From: a virus
IMG/VR virus record: IMGVR_UViG_3300045988_171811
DNA length: 43,396 bases
Direction: 5' to 3' (one strand)
Of this stretch, positions 41,892 through 43,396 are shown in pieces (the first letter of the stretch is position 1; each line of letters starts with the position of its first letter). The notes beneath the pieces are model-generated. The model saw only the letters and a list, made by a program, of their open reading frames with translations, made no database searches and was not told the DNA's origin. The translations under genes and the position numbers were made by a program.

Positions 41892-42374
41892 ATGAGCGAT
41901 AACGTTGCAAGCGACACGCCAGCCGACAACAGCGCCACTAACGACGACAACGCCTCCACGAACGGGGACAACGCTGCTAGTAAGCCCGAAATCGACTGGA
42001 AGAGCGAGTCCCGTAAGTGGGAGAATCGCGCCAAGGAAAATCGGCGCGCCGCTAACGAACGAGACGAGCTCGCCAAGGCAATCGGCGACAAAGACGCCAC
42101 AATCGAAGCCCTAAAGGCCAAAGTGGCAGATTTCGAAACTGCCGCCAAAGTTCGCGAATGGTCCGCCAACGCCGCCGCCGAGCATGGTATCAGCGCCGAT
42201 TTGATCCGAGGAACAACCGAGGACGAAATCAACGCTCATGCTGCCGCAATCGCCAAGGCACTGCACGACGCTAAGCCGTCCGTCGCCCCCGTGGTACCAC
42301 AGGCCGGAGCCACGCCCGACAATGACGGCGGCAATCTTGCAGAATTCGCTCGGAATGTTTTCGCCGGCGACTAA
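41892..42374 (+). CDS. Scaffolding protein
   Basis: The start is set at ATG 41892. Ala/Glu/Lys-rich helical sequence (KWENRAKENRRAANERDELAKAIGDKDATIEALKAKVADFE). Immediately precedes the capsid gene. Confidence 0.65.
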   Translation: MSDNVASDTPADNSATNDDNASTNGDNAASKPEIDWKSESRKWENRAKENRRAANERDELAKAIGDKDATIEALKAKVADFETAAKVREWSANAAAEHGISADLIRGTTEDEINAHAAAIAKALHDAKPSVAPVVPQAGATPDNDGGNLAEFARNVFAGD

Positions 42375-42433
42375 AACACGCTAGCCGCTATTCTAAAAAG
42401 TAAAACACTAGAAAGAAACGGAAACCAACTAAA

Positions 42434-43366
42434 ATGGCCGTGTTTGATTCAGGCAAGGCAAAGGTCCTCATGCCTCGGCAGATTGCCGACGGGATCATTA
42501 CTCGTACTCAGACTCTCTCCACCGTCGCCAAGCTCAACGGTGGAATCCCCATGACTTTCGGCGACGTGGACATTATCACTTTCGATAATTTCCCGCGCGC
42601 CGAGTTCGTTGACGAGGGCGCTGAAAAGGCGCCCACCTCCGGTGAATTCGGCTATGTGACCGCTAAGCCGCATAAGGCGCAGGTTACTATGCGATTCAAC
42701 GAGGAGGTCCAGTGGGCCGACGAGGATTATCAGCTGGACGTCCTCAACCAGCTCGCGCAGAAGGGTAGTGAGGCGCTTTCCCGGGCCCTTGACCTCGGAC
42801 TTTATCACCGTGTTAACCCGCTGACTGGCGCTGTTATTGACGCGTGGACCAATTACCTGACCTCCACCACCAAGAATGTCGAGATTGGCACTACGGAGAT
42901 GGACCAGGCGATCCGTCAGGCCGCCGGTCTGCTCATTAATGATAATGCTGCGCCGATTACCCCCACTGGTCTTGCGCTTGCCCCGTCCGCGGTTTGGGCG
43001 CTCGGTAGTCTCCAGACCAAGAATGCAGACGGGTCGCCGTCGGGGACGCCGCGTTACCCGCAGATCGGCCTTGGTGTCAACATTGACAACTTTATGGGAC
43101 TTCCGGCTGCCGCTGGAAACACTGTTGCCGGTAAGCCTGAGGCGACCGCCGCCACCAATGTCGAGGGCATCGTCGGCGATTTCGTGGATGGTATTCGGTG
43201 GGGAATTCAGCGTTCTCTTCCGCTTGAGATTATCCGTTTCGGTGACCCGGACGGCCAGGGTGATTTGAAGCGTCGGAACCAGATCGCTCTGCGTCTCGAG
43301 ATTCTGTACGCTTGGTATGTTTTCCCGGACAAGTTCGCGACGATTAAGACCAAGGCCGGCGCCTGA
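42434..43366 (+). CDS. Major capsid protein (HK97 fold)
   Basis: 310 aa, following the scaffold gene. Composition and length are typical of HK97-like capsid proteins. Its 3' end runs into the 55-bp terminal overlap. Confidence 0.8.
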   Translation: MAVFDSGKAKVLMPRQIADGIITRTQTLSTVAKLNGGIPMTFGDVDIITFDNFPRAEFVDEGAEKAPTSGEFGYVTAKPHKAQVTMRFNEEVQWADEDYQLDVLNQLAQKGSEALSRALDLGLYHRVNPLTGAVIDAWTNYLTSTTKNVEIGTTEMDQAIRQAAGLLINDNAAPITPTGLALAPSAVWALGSLQTKNADGSPSGTPRYPQIGLGVNIDNFMGLPAAAGNTVAGKPEATAATNVEGIVGDFVDGIRWGIQRSLPLEIIRFGDPDGQGDLKRRNQIALRLEILYAWYVFPDKFATIKTKAGA

Positions 43367-43396
43367 TAAAATCGCCGTAAAGAAAAAATAACACAA
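43342..43396. repeat. Terminal 55-bp overlap identical to 1..55
   Basis: Exact match to window positions 1-55. Confidence 0.95.

Overview
The window is a complete, circularly closed genome of a tailed dsDNA phage with siphovirus-type gene content. The first 55 nt are identical to the last 55 nt (43342..43396), so the unique length is 43,341 bp. Gene content and sequence style point to a fairly high-GC Gram-positive host, probably Actinomycetota. That host call is inference; no search was run.

Layout by module:
- **Packaging and head, + strand (37663..43366):** terS, terL, portal, MuF-like protein, scaffold, HK97-fold capsid.
- **Connectors and tail, + strand (96..13830):** includes a G/GT chaperone with a canonical G_GGA_AAC -1 slippery site. 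It also holds a 1520-aa tape measure with nine 132-bp in-frame repeats and a C-terminal NlpC/P60 domain. The last gene is a Spherulin-4/GH135-like glycosidase.
- **Inverted accessory block, - strand (13907..17946):** nine genes, including a dCTP deaminase and a DUF3310 protein.
- **Lysis cassette, + strand (18182..20958):** interrupted by an AT-rich, terminator-flanked membrane-protein moron.
- **Replication, recombination and early genes, - strand (21058..33795):** RuvC-like resolvase, DUF669-like protein, Sak4-like ATPase, Cas4-like exonuclease, SNF2 helicase, DUF3987-type helicase, PrimPol-like protein and many ORFans.
- **Two small rightward early genes (33962..34731).**
- **Gene-poor control region (34732..37662):** about 2.9 kb whose only convincing gene is an HNH endonuclease.

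Most interesting observations:
1. Three perfect copies of the chromosomal ParB-binding site parS (TGTTTCACGTGAAACA) sit at the two convergent-transcription junctions. No parA or parB gene is recognisable in the phage.
2. Seven co-oriented copies of TGTGGAWAAC, the complement of the DnaA-box consensus TTWTCCACA, lie just upstream of a perfect TATAAT and an apparently leaderless terS. An AT-rich repeat tract with phased A-tracts lies next to them.
3. The control region is strongly strand-skewed and T-depleted. It contains 20-bp-phased palindromes, a duplicated hairpin module and a recurring CCGCCATTCCA motif.
4. I could not recognise an integrase, repressor or partition protein.

Taken together, these suggest a phage that borrows host DnaA and ParABS machinery, possibly as an episome. 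A cosB/cosN-type packaging interpretation of the repeats next to the terminase genes is an explicit alternative. All family assignments come from motif recognition by eye.
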